From the NCBI GenBank assembly GCA_965203295.1, contig CBDBCZ010000019.1, positions 2,400,001 through 2,464,000 of the forward strand: a stretch of 64,000 nucleotides of DNA. The letters are read 5' to 3'. Position numbers and translations under genes: made by a program. Shown in pieces: positions 50,783 through 61,519 of the stretch (position 1 is the first letter of the stretch; every line of letters starts with the position of its first letter). The notes under the pieces were generated by a model that was given only the letters and a program-made list of their open reading frames with translations, had not been told where the DNA came from and made no database searches. The stretch comes from Nitrospirales bacterium. GTDB taxonomy: Bacteria > Nitrospirota > Nitrospiria > Nitrospirales > UBA8639.

Positions 50783-51070
50783 GATTTGTGTGGAGGATGT
50801 TCGACGTAGGCTAATGTCAAAATGTGAGGTTCAAAACCGAGTGAAAATGTATCACAGAGACCTTCCCAGCTACAAGGCAACTTCGACCATTTTCTCCAAA
50901 TCAATGGCCTCACTGGTCACCTTTTTGTTGGTCGTGGCAAGGCAGAATTCAGGATTGTTCCTGAGTGGAGAATGTCTTGTTGTAAGACATGTGAGCTAAT
51001 GATGAAAAGGACGCGCACGCTATAGTGCACGAATGAGGAACTTCGCTGAGAACGAATTATCTCCCTAGCT

Positions 51071-52012
51071 TTACGAGGCTAATATTCGATCCACCTCCTG
51101 ACATAATTCCTGGACAGCCAGTGCCGAAGTATTGAGAGCACTCTTTTCCTCAGCCGTTAACTCATATTCAAGAATCTCTTCTACACCGTTACGACCTAGT
51201 TTGACCGGCACCCCCATAAAGAAGCCTTGAATTCCATAGTCTCCATCGCATAATGCGGCACAAGGCAACACTTTTTTTTCATCCTTGAGAATGGCTTCAA
51301 CCATTTCTACTGCTGATGCCGCAGGCGCGTAATAGGCGCTTCCACTTTTTAGAAGATTCACGATCTCAGCACCACCTTCCCGTGTCCGTTTGACGAGCGC
51401 TTCCAATCTATCCTTTGGCAAACATTCCGAAAGGGGCCGACCAGCCACAGTGCTATGCCTCACAAGGGGCACCATCGTATCCCCATGACCCCCTAAAACC
51501 ATGGTTTGGACGTTGTGAACCGACACTTCCATCTCTTGGGCAATGAAGGTGCTAAAACGCGCCGAATCCAACACCCCAGCCATGCCAACCACTCGCTGCT
51601 TCGGGAACCCGCTCACCCGATAGGCCACATGGGTCATGGCATCAAGGGGATTAGCCACAATCACTAAAATGGCAGACGAGGAATGTGGCACAATTTCCTG
51701 AACAACCGATCGGACGATCTTTGTATTGGTTTCGAGCAATTCAGAGCGGCTCATTCCCGGTTTTCGCGCAATCCCGGAGGTAATGACCATCACGGAGGAA
51801 TCCGTCGTTTCATCGAATTGATTGCTTCCGATTATACGAGTGTCATACCCATACACAGGACCAGCTTGCTCCAGGTCTAATGCCTTCCCTTGAGGAAGCC
51901 CTTCAACTACATCGACCAACACCAGATCGTAACAATTTTTTTCAGCTAGCCGTTGTGTAACAGATCCCCCCACATTTCCTGCTCCAACGATCGTGACTTT
52001 TGGTCGCCCCAT
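51071..52012 (-). CDS. mdh: malate dehydrogenase (LDH-like)
   Basis: [32 protein letters not shown]. Confidence 0.95.
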   Translation of the reverse strand: MGRPKVTIVGAGNVGGSVTQRLAEKNCYDLVLVDVVEGLPQGKALDLEQAGPVYGYDTRIIGSNQFDETTDSSVMVITSGIARKPGMSRSELLETNTKIVRSVVQEIVPHSSSAILVIVANPLDAMTHVAYRVSGFPKQRVVGMAGVLDSARFSTFIAQEMEVSVHNVQTMVLGGHGDTMVPLVRHSTVAGRPLSECLPKDRLEALVKRTREGGAEIVNLLKSGSAYYAPAASAVEMVEAILKDEKKVLPCAALCDGDYGIQGFFMGVPVKLGRNGVEEILEYELTAEEKSALNTSALAVQELCQEVDRILAS

Positions 52013-52048
52013 AACCCTATCCTTCCATTATCAGAGTGGTACGATGCG

Positions 52049-52456
52049 TTATTCTTCGTCGTGACTCGTCCACCCTGCAACTTTGAAGTTGATGGTACAG
52101 ACAAAGTTCTCGCCATCGTAAAAATTGACCTTGATCTTTTTTTTACCATATTCTCGCGCCAGAAACTCTTCCGGAGCGTCAATGAGCTCTTGGTATCCAC
52201 CAGCCGGATACGAACCTAACTCCGTAAAGCTCACGATCATCCCTGTCTTGACCTCTTGTAACAATCGTGCTGAACATCGTGGAAACACTTCCCAGAATTT
52301 TGCATCAATTTCCTCTCGACTGGGTTCCGGCCGATCTCCCCCTTGCACCCTTGGTTTCGCAAATTTTGCCAGGCGACGAACGTACGGGTATTGATGGCCC
52401 GTAAAGAGTTTGTGCAGCCAGGGTGGAACCATTTTCGCATCAGAGTTGTCAGACAT
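52049..52456 (-). CDS. hypothetical protein
   Basis: 135-aa ORF between the vWA gene and mdh with GAGG RBS; no motif recognised. Confidence 0.75.
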   Translation of the reverse strand: MSDNSDAKMVPPWLHKLFTGHQYPYVRRLAKFAKPRVQGGDRPEPSREEIDAKFWEVFPRCSARLLQEVKTGMIVSFTELGSYPAGGYQELIDAPEEFLAREYGKKKIKVNFYDGENFVCTINFKVAGWTSHDEE

Positions 52457-52471
52457 ACGTGGCTTCCTCGA

Positions 52472-55400
52472 TCAAGAAGTCGTGAGGCGTTGATACATCC
52501 TCGGCAAATGTTCAGGCAAGGCACTGACGTCATCAATGATGACAAATCCTACCTCCCCATACATTCGGTATAAATAGTCCCTCGCATCCAGATCCACCGT
52601 GACACAATACGGGATCACGCCTGCCAATCGTGCCTCCCTCAGGGCCATCTTGGTATCTTCCAAGGCATACTCATCACCGTATTCATCATCTAACGGCCTC
52701 CCATCACTCATTAAGACCAGCAGACGATGGCGAGCCGGACATTCAAGCAGTTTCCTGGTTGTATGGCGAATAGCTGCCCCATCACGATTTTGATGCAAAG
52801 GCTTGACGGTTTCAATCCTCTGCCCTACTCGATAACGGAGCGTCTCACCAAAATCTTTCAGGATAATGAAGTCTACTTGTTGACGTCCCTGTCCAGAAAA
52901 TCCGTAAAGGGCATATTGGTCCCCAATGGCTTCCATGGCTTCAGAGAGCAAGACCAGCCCTTCTTTCTCAACGTCAATCACTCTTCGCCCCCCAGACTCA
53001 ATCTGGCGACCTGTCGAACCACTCATATCAATCAGAAACGCTGAGGCGACCTGACGATCTCGTTTGTCACGACGAATGTAAATTCGGTCAGTCGGTTCAG
53101 TCCCGACTTTTCGTTCAGCCACTCGTCTGATAGCAGCATTCAGGTCTATATCATCCCCATCCTCCTGGCCCCACATTCGGCGCATACCAGTGGGTCGGAT
53201 ACTCTCAAAATACCGACGCAGCAATCGAACCCCAGGTGCATGCTTTTCCAAAGTCATTTGAGCAAAATCAGGACTTCCTTCCGCACCGAATCGTTCTTTG
53301 ATACAACACCAATGAGACCGGTAATCCCGAATACTGCCATCCCATTCTGCATACACAAACGATCGTGTTCCTCCATCCTCTGGATAACGAATGGTCGATT
53401 CATTCCGCTCTACCCGTAACCATTCCTCAATAACCGTTGGCGAGATGGACTCGGGAGGCGAAGTTCTTTCTATGGCGGACTCCTTAAGAACTTTCTCAGA
53501 GGCCCTATAGGAAGAGTCCCTATCCTTTTCGCCTCCACCCTTATTCTGTCCATCAAAGGGCTTAGCTGCTGATGGGCCTTCAGCTCCTAAAATTTCTTCT
53601 CCACCCCCGACCTGTTCGAGATCCATGGTTCCTCGGTATGACCAATTCGTGATGGGCCGATAGTCACCGGAAACTTCTGCCGCACGTGGTCCTGGGCTCA
53701 CTTCTTCCCTTTCTGGAGAGGAGTTCTGTGAGAGATCATCCTGTTCAGTCACCTGAACCTTTGCAATCATCTGATCCAATAGCTGATAAAGACGATCTGC
53801 CAAACGAACCGAGTCTTCGGCGGAAACCTCTTGATGCAGGATGGTTTGAGCGTCAGCCCAAACCCGATCACTGATAGGTTGCAGATCTTGAGGGATCACG
53901 ACTGATCCCGGACTGTCCTGGTCTGCGGTAAACCGAAGAAGGAGCGAGTCAATTACCATCTCACGAACTGTCATCCCATGGAGGAAGGAATGTGTAGAAA
54001 TGGATTCTCTGGCCAAGGCCGCCAAATCATGCCGAAGTCCGGGATATTCGGTTTGCAGCCGGTATTCCACACGGGCATCTTCCAGAATAGTCCACAGATC
54101 CTGAATCACTCCCTTTTGAGGGTACAAGGCAAACAGATCTGCCAATGTCGATGGAGAAAAATTGCTTTGTTCTTCGGCGAATCTGGAATAGCGAGTTCCA
54201 ACTTCCATCGCCAAATCATCAAGAGAGTTCAGATCAAGCCGATAGGTGCCAAATTCCCAGTGCCCCATCTCATGAGCCGTCATGACGGTAAAAACACGAA
54301 GATTCGCGTCTCGAGTGGGAAAGGTATTCACCAAGGAAGGCAACCGCAAGGTTTTTCCGTCATGACTGACTATTGGTCTTTTCCCAATGTTTTGGCCATC
54401 CAGGGTATTGGGATGACCATCTTGACCTTGATTGATTTTTCCGGAATCAGGAAGAGATGCTACCGTCACCTTTTCACCAGATAGCATCTCCGCTAGCATC
54501 GAAAGCGATCGTGCGACCTGTCGCAGCGCCACCCCATTCATGGCCTGTTCAACAGCAGCCAAGGCTTTACCTGTTTCCATCGAAAAGTAGGCTTGTGCTC
54601 CCTCGGGGCTATACTCCAAAATTTCCATTCCTCCCTGAAACCAAGTTTCGAAAGCCTCATGACCGCTATCAGGAGAGCCCACGAGGCTCAAAATGTTTGG
54701 GCACTGTCGGAAAAACGCTAGGGCTCCTTCTGCACTTCGGTCAGCTAATAATCCACCGTACTGCGCCATTTTGAGCTTCCGTTCCGAATCGGGAACGGAA
54801 TGAAAGAGCCTGGGAGCTTCAGCTAAGAATGTTAAACCTATCTCTGGCGAGCGATCAGCCAAGGTGGATCCAACATTCACAACAAGCGGTCGTAAACGTT
54901 CGTCCGGCAATTCAGCGAGGAGCACAGGACTATTTCGGAAAAATTCTAAGGTCCCTAAATAATCAGGTTTCCCTAAATGATTGACGGTGATCAGTTTCAT
55001 GCCAAAGTTTATCCAAGCACGCACAAGGTCCTGTGAAAGCACCTCGGCAATCTTGGGAATTTCACGGAAGAGCTCAATCCCTAAGACGGAATTCCATTCG
55101 GTCAGTTCTAAGCCGATATCCGCCCATCCACTAAGGTCCTCCGGTGACGTCACCAAGAGGAGTTCTGGAGCTTTATGAAAAAATTCAAACGCACAATTGG
55201 CTGCATACTCAGAATGAGCGTCAGCCAACTCCAAGGCAACGGTCAAGACTTCTCGACGATCGGAAGAGCTATCCAATATCCCCAAGATCACTGGACTTTG
55301 CTGTAAGTATTTCAAGGTCGTGGCTCCGGAATGCCCCGCCAAACTTACGGTCAGATCTAGCCATTGGAGGATAATTTCAGACCCACACCGGTGATGAACC

Positions 55401-55588
55401 TCCGGCAAAGCCTGAACGGTTTTTTCCATTAACTTGGGAGAAGAACTCTGAAGTTCCACAAGAAGGTCAAGGACCCTCACCAGATCTCCTGCCTGAGCTA
55501 AACTTTTGGCAATAGCCGAAGCCGAAGAGGAGTCGACCTGACCCTGAAGAATTCGCAAGAATTGTTCTTCACCAGTGGACACAAACAA
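52472..55588 (-). CDS. large vWA-domain protein (NorD/CbbO-like)
   Basis: C-terminal YAEWD, DGDDIDL, MIDAS DMSGST, NRDGAAIRH, SDGRP; internal HExxH (HEMGH); helical N-terminus. Confidence 0.85.
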   Translation of the reverse strand: MFVSTGEEQFLRILQGQVDSSSASAIAKSLAQAGDLVRVLDLLVELQSSSPKLMEKTVQALPEVHHRCGSEIILQWLDLTVSLAGHSGATTLKYLQQSPVILGILDSSSDRREVLTVALELADAHSEYAANCAFEFFHKAPELLLVTSPEDLSGWADIGLELTEWNSVLGIELFREIPKIAEVLSQDLVRAWINFGMKLITVNHLGKPDYLGTLEFFRNSPVLLAELPDERLRPLVVNVGSTLADRSPEIGLTFLAEAPRLFHSVPDSERKLKMAQYGGLLADRSAEGALAFFRQCPNILSLVGSPDSGHEAFETWFQGGMEILEYSPEGAQAYFSMETGKALAAVEQAMNGVALRQVARSLSMLAEMLSGEKVTVASLPDSGKINQGQDGHPNTLDGQNIGKRPIVSHDGKTLRLPSLVNTFPTRDANLRVFTVMTAHEMGHWEFGTYRLDLNSLDDLAMEVGTRYSRFAEEQSNFSPSTLADLFALYPQKGVIQDLWTILEDARVEYRLQTEYPGLRHDLAALARESISTHSFLHGMTVREMVIDSLLLRFTADQDSPGSVVIPQDLQPISDRVWADAQTILHQEVSAEDSVRLADRLYQLLDQMIAKVQVTEQDDLSQNSSPEREEVSPGPRAAEVSGDYRPITNWSYRGTMDLEQVGGGEEILGAEGPSAAKPFDGQNKGGGEKDRDSSYRASEKVLKESAIERTSPPESISPTVIEEWLRVERNESTIRYPEDGGTRSFVYAEWDGSIRDYRSHWCCIKERFGAEGSPDFAQMTLEKHAPGVRLLRRYFESIRPTGMRRMWGQEDGDDIDLNAAIRRVAERKVGTEPTDRIYIRRDKRDRQVASAFLIDMSGSTGRQIESGGRRVIDVEKEGLVLLSEAMEAIGDQYALYGFSGQGRQQVDFIILKDFGETLRYRVGQRIETVKPLHQNRDGAAIRHTTRKLLECPARHRLLVLMSDGRPLDDEYGDEYALEDTKMALREARLAGVIPYCVTVDLDARDYLYRMYGEVGFVIIDDVSALPEHLPRMYQRLTTS

Positions 55589-55768
55589 TATCCAGTGTAT
55601 TTAGTAAGGAAGGCGAATTATAGAAGGGCCTCATAGACTATGTAAACTGAGCTTCTTATCATCAAATCTTTTCACACTGCATGGCCAAGTTAGAACAACT
55701 TCTTCTTCATAGACTTCACAAGAAGAGTGTGTAGGAAAATCTTCAGAAAATAATCGCTGGCTGGTTTG

Positions 55769-56071
55769 TCAAGGTTCCGTTTCTGAAAGAATTTTTTGAA
55801 CTTGGCTCGCAGTGATTACTTTCAACAGAACCCGTTTTTTTCTTGCCTCGTGACCGGAACAGACTGAAACGGAATGTTTCGGCAAGGAAAAGAGTTCAGC
55901 AAGAAACCGGCACAGAGCTTGATTGGCAGCTCCATCTACTAGAGGAGCCGAAATCCGAAACTTTAAGGCCTCACCATGAGGACCAACATATTCCGTCTTT
56001 GCGGCCCTCGGCTGAACAATAATCGTGAGCAGTGCTCCCTCAGATGTTTGTGTGATCATTTCATAATTCAA
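55769..56071 (-). CDS. DUF167 / UPF0235 (YggU-like) protein
   Basis: VQPRA...LKFRISAPLVDGAANQAL...GHEARKK. Confidence 0.85.
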   Translation of the reverse strand: MNYEMITQTSEGALLTIIVQPRAAKTEYVGPHGEALKFRISAPLVDGAANQALCRFLAELFSLPKHSVSVCSGHEARKKRVLLKVITASQVQKILSETEP

Positions 56072-56152
56072 TTTAATATCAATATCTTATGAAGTTTATA
56101 GCCGGCTGATTTTAGCACGTATCAATATCCAAATTTACCTAGATTTGCGGGC

Positions 56153-56205
56153 TTGACAGCACACGGCAAAGAGAATAAAATGACTTTAAATGAAAATGGA
56201 TATCA
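56153..56205 (+). promoter_or_regulatory. sigma70 promoter and Fur-like box upstream of bfd
   Basis: TTGACA (56153)-N17-TAAAAT (56176); TGAAAAT-G-GATATCA (56191-56205) resembles the 7-1-7 Fur box. Confidence 0.6.
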
Positions 56206-56245
56206 AAATCACATTCGATTAAAAAGGATACTCAAAATAAACATT

Positions 56246-56449
56246 ATGTACGTGTGCGTTTGCAAAGGAATTACCGAGTCTCATGTGAGAAACTGCGGCC
56301 AAAGAGGGGTAACATGCCCGATGGCTTTGGCTTCAACTTTAGGTATCGATGACAAAGGTAATTGTTGCGGACGCTGCCTCAAGAATATCTCTGCACTTGT
56401 TTCCCTAGCCAAGGGCGAAAGCACTCATTGCGCTTCTGTAAGGGTCTAA
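56246..56449 (+). CDS. bfd: bacterioferritin-associated [2Fe-2S] ferredoxin
   Basis: MYVCVCKGIT...CCGRC. Confidence 0.85.
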   Translation: MYVCVCKGITESHVRNCGQRGVTCPMALASTLGIDDKGNCCGRCLKNISALVSLAKGESTHCASVRV

Positions 56450-56663
56450 CCTAACCTGCTCAAACTCCTTGCCGTTCCTGAATCCCTCCGATTCTTATAC
56501 CTTCCTTAAGACCCCACTATGTAAAGAGCACTCTGGTATATGTCCGACGTCATTTCTCCTGCACCCTCTCAATTCGTTATCCGAACGTTGCTTCCAACCA
56601 CAAGGCAACTGTTCGCCACGAGCGCGAGTTTTTTGTATCAGGTTGTACTCATAAGGAAGAATC

Positions 56664-58607
56664 ATGGGTAAACCCACTCAAGCCCCATTTGGTTCATGGA
56701 AATCTCCATTGACCTCATCATTGATTGTTTCGGAGACACTGCAGTTGAGCCAGATTCATCTTGATGGGGAAACTCTCTATTGGATAGAAAATCGCCCCCT
56801 GGAAGGAGGGCGAAACGTTATTGTCCAACTTTCTCAAACAGGAGAACCGATTTCTCTGACCCCCACTCCCTTTAATGTCCGATCCCGGGTTCACGAGTAC
56901 GGAGGAGGAGCCTATCTGGTTGACAATGGAGTCATTTACTTCTCAAATTTCTCCGATCAACGTCTCTATCGTCACAAGGCGGACTCAAAACCACAGGCCT
57001 TAACACCAGAAGGTCAATTCTATTACGCCGATGGGGTCATAGACTCACAACATAATAGGATAATTTGTATTCGTGAAGATCATTCTGATTCTTCCCGAGA
57101 ACCAGTCAATTCCTTTATAAGCATTTCTCTGGAAAACCCAATACAAGAAAACGCTGGGCAGATTTTGGCATCCGGTTGTGATTTCTACTCCTCTCCTAAA
57201 ATCAGCCCTGACAGCCGACAATTAGCTTGGGTGTCTTGGAATCATCCCAATATGCCTTGGGATGGAACTCAATTATGGAAAGCCAATATCGAACTCGATG
57301 GAACATTGGGAAAACCTGAATGCATGGCTGGTGGTCCCCAGGAATCAATTTTTCAACCCGAATGGTCACCTGACGGAACTCTTTTCTTTATCTCTGATCG
57401 AACCGGCTGGTGGAACCTCTACCGGATTCGAAATGGCGTGAGCGAGGCCCTTTGTCCCATGGAAGCTGAATTTGGCAAGCCACAATGGTCCTTGGGGCTG
57501 ACAACCTATACCTTTGAATCCGCTCGCACCATCCTCTGTACGTATACGAAAAATGGAATCTGGTTTTTGTGTCGGCTCGACATAGAATGTCGTACTCTAG
57601 AGACATTTCCCCTACCCTATACAGAAATCGGAGGACCAGTCTATCTCAATGGTTCGACTATTTGCACCGCGAGTTCCCCTTCCGAGCCCAATGTGATCAT
57701 TCAAATTGACCTAGCTTCTTATGACATTCACATTCTCAGGCGGTCCATTAATTTCTCTGTCGAGCCTCACTATCTCTCGATACCCCAAGAAATTGAATTT
57801 CCCACAGAACGCGGGCAGACGGCACATGCGTTTTTCTACAAACCACAAAATGGGGACTTTTCCCCACCTTCCGGCGTGAAAGCACCCCTATTAGTCAAAA
57901 GTCATGGCGGCCCGACCGGTTCAGCTTCTACGGCTTTTAACCTCATGATCCAATATTGGATGAGTCGAGGCTTTGCCGTTTTAGATGTCAATTACGGTGG
58001 AAGCACCGGATATGGCCAAGCTTACCGGGAACGACTAAACGGGCAATGGGGAATTGTTGATGTGGACGACTGTGTGAATGGCGTACGGTATGTGATTAAG
58101 CAGGGGTGGGTCGATGATCAAAAGCTCACGATCACTGGTGGAAGTGCCGGAGGCTATACGACACTCAGTGCTCTCACCTTTCGTGACTGCTTTACAGCTG
58201 GTTCAAGTTATTACGGGGTCTCAGATTTACAAGCCCTGGTAAGAGATACGCATAAATTCGAATCCCGGTACCTTGATCGATTGATCGGCCCACTCCCCGA
58301 AAAGCAACAATTGTACAAGGAACGTTCTCCGATTAACTTTACTCACCAGCTCTCATGTCCGTTGATCTTTTTTCAAGGCCTAGAGGACAAGGTGGTTCCG
58401 CCTAATCAGGCTCAAATGATGTTTAATGCCGTCAAAGCAAAAGGACTTCCTGTGGCTTACCTAGCTTTTGAAGGAGAACAGCATGGGTTTCGGCAAGCCC
58501 CCAATATCAAAAAGGTTTTGGACAGCGAACTCTATTTTTATTCAAAGATATTTGGGTTTGAGCCTGCGGACCCCGTTGAGCCTGTTACGATCGAAAATTT
58601 GCCGTAA
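56664..58607 (+). CDS. S9 family peptidase
   Basis: HGGPT, GGSAGG nucleophile elbow, EDKVVPP, EQHGFR. Confidence 0.94.
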   Translation: MGKPTQAPFGSWKSPLTSSLIVSETLQLSQIHLDGETLYWIENRPLEGGRNVIVQLSQTGEPISLTPTPFNVRSRVHEYGGGAYLVDNGVIYFSNFSDQRLYRHKADSKPQALTPEGQFYYADGVIDSQHNRIICIREDHSDSSREPVNSFISISLENPIQENAGQILASGCDFYSSPKISPDSRQLAWVSWNHPNMPWDGTQLWKANIELDGTLGKPECMAGGPQESIFQPEWSPDGTLFFISDRTGWWNLYRIRNGVSEALCPMEAEFGKPQWSLGLTTYTFESARTILCTYTKNGIWFLCRLDIECRTLETFPLPYTEIGGPVYLNGSTICTASSPSEPNVIIQIDLASYDIHILRRSINFSVEPHYLSIPQEIEFPTERGQTAHAFFYKPQNGDFSPPSGVKAPLLVKSHGGPTGSASTAFNLMIQYWMSRGFAVLDVNYGGSTGYGQAYRERLNGQWGIVDVDDCVNGVRYVIKQGWVDDQKLTITGGSAGGYTTLSALTFRDCFTAGSSYYGVSDLQALVRDTHKFESRYLDRLIGPLPEKQQLYKERSPINFTHQLSCPLIFFQGLEDKVVPPNQAQMMFNAVKAKGLPVAYLAFEGEQHGFRQAPNIKKVLDSELYFYSKIFGFEPADPVEPVTIENLP

Positions 58608-58640
58608 AGTTTTATGCATCGCCGTAAAGTTTTATGCATC
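58601..58640. repeat. perfect 20-bp tandem duplication
   Basis: gccgtaaagttttatgcatc x2. Confidence 0.95.
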
Positions 58641-59041
58641 AATGACTTTTTCAATTAGTAACCTAGGCATATATACTTGAATTTTTCATTCCCGCGATTT
58701 ATCCCTAATCCCAACCCGACCACTATCTCTACTAGTGACATTTTGCATGAAGATATGTTAACTTATGAAGTTCTGTGCAACAATAGTCCGAAAGTTCACT
58801 TTCAGTCAGCCCAATCTTAAGGATGAAGTTTTGTTCAAGAATTATGATGGGAAATGAGACATAAATTACTGCAGTTTCGAACCCTCGGCTAAGTCTTCTG
58901 CCGTCTCATCCTTTCTGTTTTCTTGAGTGTAAAGCAATAGCTACATTGCTCTCAAATTAGAGGCTTACGACATAAGTACACCGTAAGCGATCTGGTTGCC
59001 CGGATTTCAACCAATCCGGATCTACTGATAAGGAGTCCATA

Positions 59042-60646
59042 ATGTCCAAAAATTCGACGCAAGCCATTCAGGAAGTTGGGGATTCAGATACTCCCGCTGA
59101 GGAGGCACAGGGGATTGACCTCACTCCTGGGGAACCTGTCCGTTCTGATGACCCTGTCCGGGTCTACATGAAAGACATGGGGCGGGTCCCTTTACTAAAC
59201 CGAGAAGAAGAAATCGGGTTGGCCAAACAGATTGAAGAGGGAAAAAAGGAATTAGCCTCCGTGGTCTTCAGCATGCCCATGACCCTCAACTCCCTGAACT
59301 CCCTTCGTGATCAGTTGAAGAAAGGGGAGTTGGAGGTTCGTCATATCCTGGCTATGCCAGAAGATTCGGACGACGAAGAAACTTCCGAGATCGCGCCAAG
59401 CCCCGAGGACGACGAAGAACTCCGTTTGCGAACGCTACGGGAACTCGACCTGATCCGCTCATCATCTAAAGCGTATTTGGCATGGCGGCAAGGAGGTGGA
59501 TCTCAAGGGAAATCCCCATCCTTTGAAAAACGGTCCCGCCTGATGCGGCAAAAGTTGATTGAAAAGATCGAGGCCCTCAACTTACAACCCAATATTCAAC
59601 AGAAATTTCTTGCCCACATCAAAGAAGTGGGAAAAGAAATCGGCAAGGCTGAAGCGCTCATCACGGAGTGTTGCCGAAAAATTCTGGTTGTAAGAGAGGA
59701 TGGCAACACAACCTTTAAGAAAATGGCGAAGAATCGATCCACCTTTGTCTCGATTAAACGCAAAACGGGGTTATCGGAAGAGGCCCTCCTAAAAATTCAG
59801 GCTGTCTTCCAAAATTCCGTGATCAAAGTCAAAACCATTCAGAAAGAGACCACGTTAATCTCTTCTGCAGAGTTACGAGAAACCCTCCTCATTTTGGGAC
59901 GGGCTGAAGAAAAAATGAAAAGAGGGAAAGCCGATCTGATTGAGGCAAATTTGCGTCTCGTGGTCAGTATTGCCAAAAAATATATGAACCGCGGACTTCC
60001 GTTCATGGACCTCATTCAAGAAGGAAATATTGGCTTGATGCGAGCTGTGGACAAATTTGAGTATCAACGTGGATATAAATTTAGTACCTATGCTACCTGG
60101 TGGATTCGCCAAGGGATCACTCGGGCATTAGCGGATCAAGCACGAACTATCCGGATTCCTGTCCATATGATTGAAGCCAATGCAAAACTGACTCGTACAT
60201 CGCGTCATCTTGTTCAACAATTCGGACGAGAACCGACGCTTGTTGAAATTGCCGATCGGTTGGATCTTCCATTAGAAAAGGTTCGAAAACTTGTGGAAAT
60301 GACCAAAGGAACCATTTCTCTTGAAACACCTATCGGAGAAGACGAAGATAGCCATCTTGGTCTCTTTATTGAAGACAAAACGGCCGTGTCCCCCTTTGAT
60401 GCCATGAGCCGCGTTGACATCCAACGAAAAGTGGCGGGGGCCTTAGGAGTCCTCACTCCTCGTGAAGAAACGATCATTCGGAAACGATTCGGGATTGGAG
60501 ACGACCAGGATCACACTCTAGAAGAGGTCGGCCAAGACTTCGGTGTGACCCGAGAGCGAATCAGACAGCTTGAAGCCAAAGCGCTCGGGAAATTACGTCA
60601 GGCCAGCTCACGGGAACGCCTTCGAGTATTTGTGGAAAGCGTCTAA
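59042..60646 (+). CDS. RpoD-like sigma-70 factor lacking region 1.1
   Basis: DDPVRVYM (1.2), [58 protein letters not shown]. Confidence 0.9.
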   Translation: MSKNSTQAIQEVGDSDTPAEEAQGIDLTPGEPVRSDDPVRVYMKDMGRVPLLNREEEIGLAKQIEEGKKELASVVFSMPMTLNSLNSLRDQLKKGELEVRHILAMPEDSDDEETSEIAPSPEDDEELRLRTLRELDLIRSSSKAYLAWRQGGGSQGKSPSFEKRSRLMRQKLIEKIEALNLQPNIQQKFLAHIKEVGKEIGKAEALITECCRKILVVREDGNTTFKKMAKNRSTFVSIKRKTGLSEEALLKIQAVFQNSVIKVKTIQKETTLISSAELRETLLILGRAEEKMKRGKADLIEANLRLVVSIAKKYMNRGLPFMDLIQEGNIGLMRAVDKFEYQRGYKFSTYATWWIRQGITRALADQARTIRIPVHMIEANAKLTRTSRHLVQQFGREPTLVEIADRLDLPLEKVRKLVEMTKGTISLETPIGEDEDSHLGLFIEDKTAVSPFDAMSRVDIQRKVAGALGVLTPREETIIRKRFGIGDDQDHTLEEVGQDFGVTRERIRQLEAKALGKLRQASSRERLRVFVESV

Positions 60647-60683
60647 AAAGGTGCGCTAAGATCAGCGCAGTCTTTCGTATCAC

Positions 60684-60730
60684 CAAAAAAGGGATGAGGG
60701 TTGAAACCATCAATCCTCATCCCTTTTTTG
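60684..60730. terminator. bidirectional intrinsic terminator
   Basis: caaaaaagggatgagggttga...tcaatcctcatcccttttttg between convergent genes. Confidence 0.9.
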
Positions 60731-60791
60731 TTCTTTATCTTTTCGGATCGGTCTTTTCTTATCTCTCCCAATAAAGACTTTCCAGCACGAG

Positions 60792-61451
60792 CTACTTTGC
60801 CCGCTCAATCACCAAGGCTTTATCATTTTTTAACAGTGTGGCCTTGATTCGGTCACTGAATTGAAATTCCTCTGTGACTTTCGTCTTGGGAGTCCGCTCC
60901 ACACGAACTTCTCCTCGCTCACCGCGCAATACATAGAAATCTCCATCCACCATGAGGATTGATCCCTCCACGATGCGGGTATCAGGTTGAGAGGATTCGG
61001 CAGGCGCTGACACCGCTTCAGTCTTTTTTGTCGTTGGAGCCTTTGCGCTTTTGGCAGGTGGAGTTTCTGCCTCTTGACCCTCTGGTTCGGAAGGTAATGC
61101 CTTCTGGTGGATCGTCACTCCTGACACATCATCGGGCCCGGCTCGTTCAATCCGGAGCGCCTTGTTATTCATCAACATGAGCGCTTTGATCCGATCACCA
61201 TATTCAAACTCCTCTGTGATGTCAGTTTGGTAGGTTGCTTCAATCTGAATTTCCCCATGTTCTCCGCGCACAATATAAAAATCTCGATCGACGTCCAATA
61301 AATCTCCAACGACGGTTTTCGTGGGTTGTTGGCTTGATTCCGCGAACACTTCGTTCGAGAAGGGATACCAACTCTTCTCAGATATGCCTCCAACAAATCC
61401 TCCAATGATGAATAACGCACAAATGACAATGAACCGGAATGCGTATTTCAT
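60792..61451 (-). CDS. secreted protein with two tandem ~58-aa beta-rich repeats
   Basis: Signal-like N-terminus; VGDLLDVDRDFYIVRGEHGE..FEYGDRIKA..KALRIERA matches EGSILMVDGDFYVLRGERGE..FQFSDRIKA..KALVIERA. Confidence 0.8.
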   Translation of the reverse strand: MKYAFRFIVICALFIIGGFVGGISEKSWYPFSNEVFAESSQQPTKTVVGDLLDVDRDFYIVRGEHGEIQIEATYQTDITEEFEYGDRIKALMLMNNKALRIERAGPDDVSGVTIHQKALPSEPEGQEAETPPAKSAKAPTTKKTEAVSAPAESSQPDTRIVEGSILMVDGDFYVLRGERGEVRVERTPKTKVTEEFQFSDRIKATLLKNDKALVIERAK

Positions 61452-61519
61452 ACGTTAACCACCTCACATTAGGATTTCAATGCGCTAAAATCCCTTTCAG
61501 GCAAAAATGATGCCTTATG

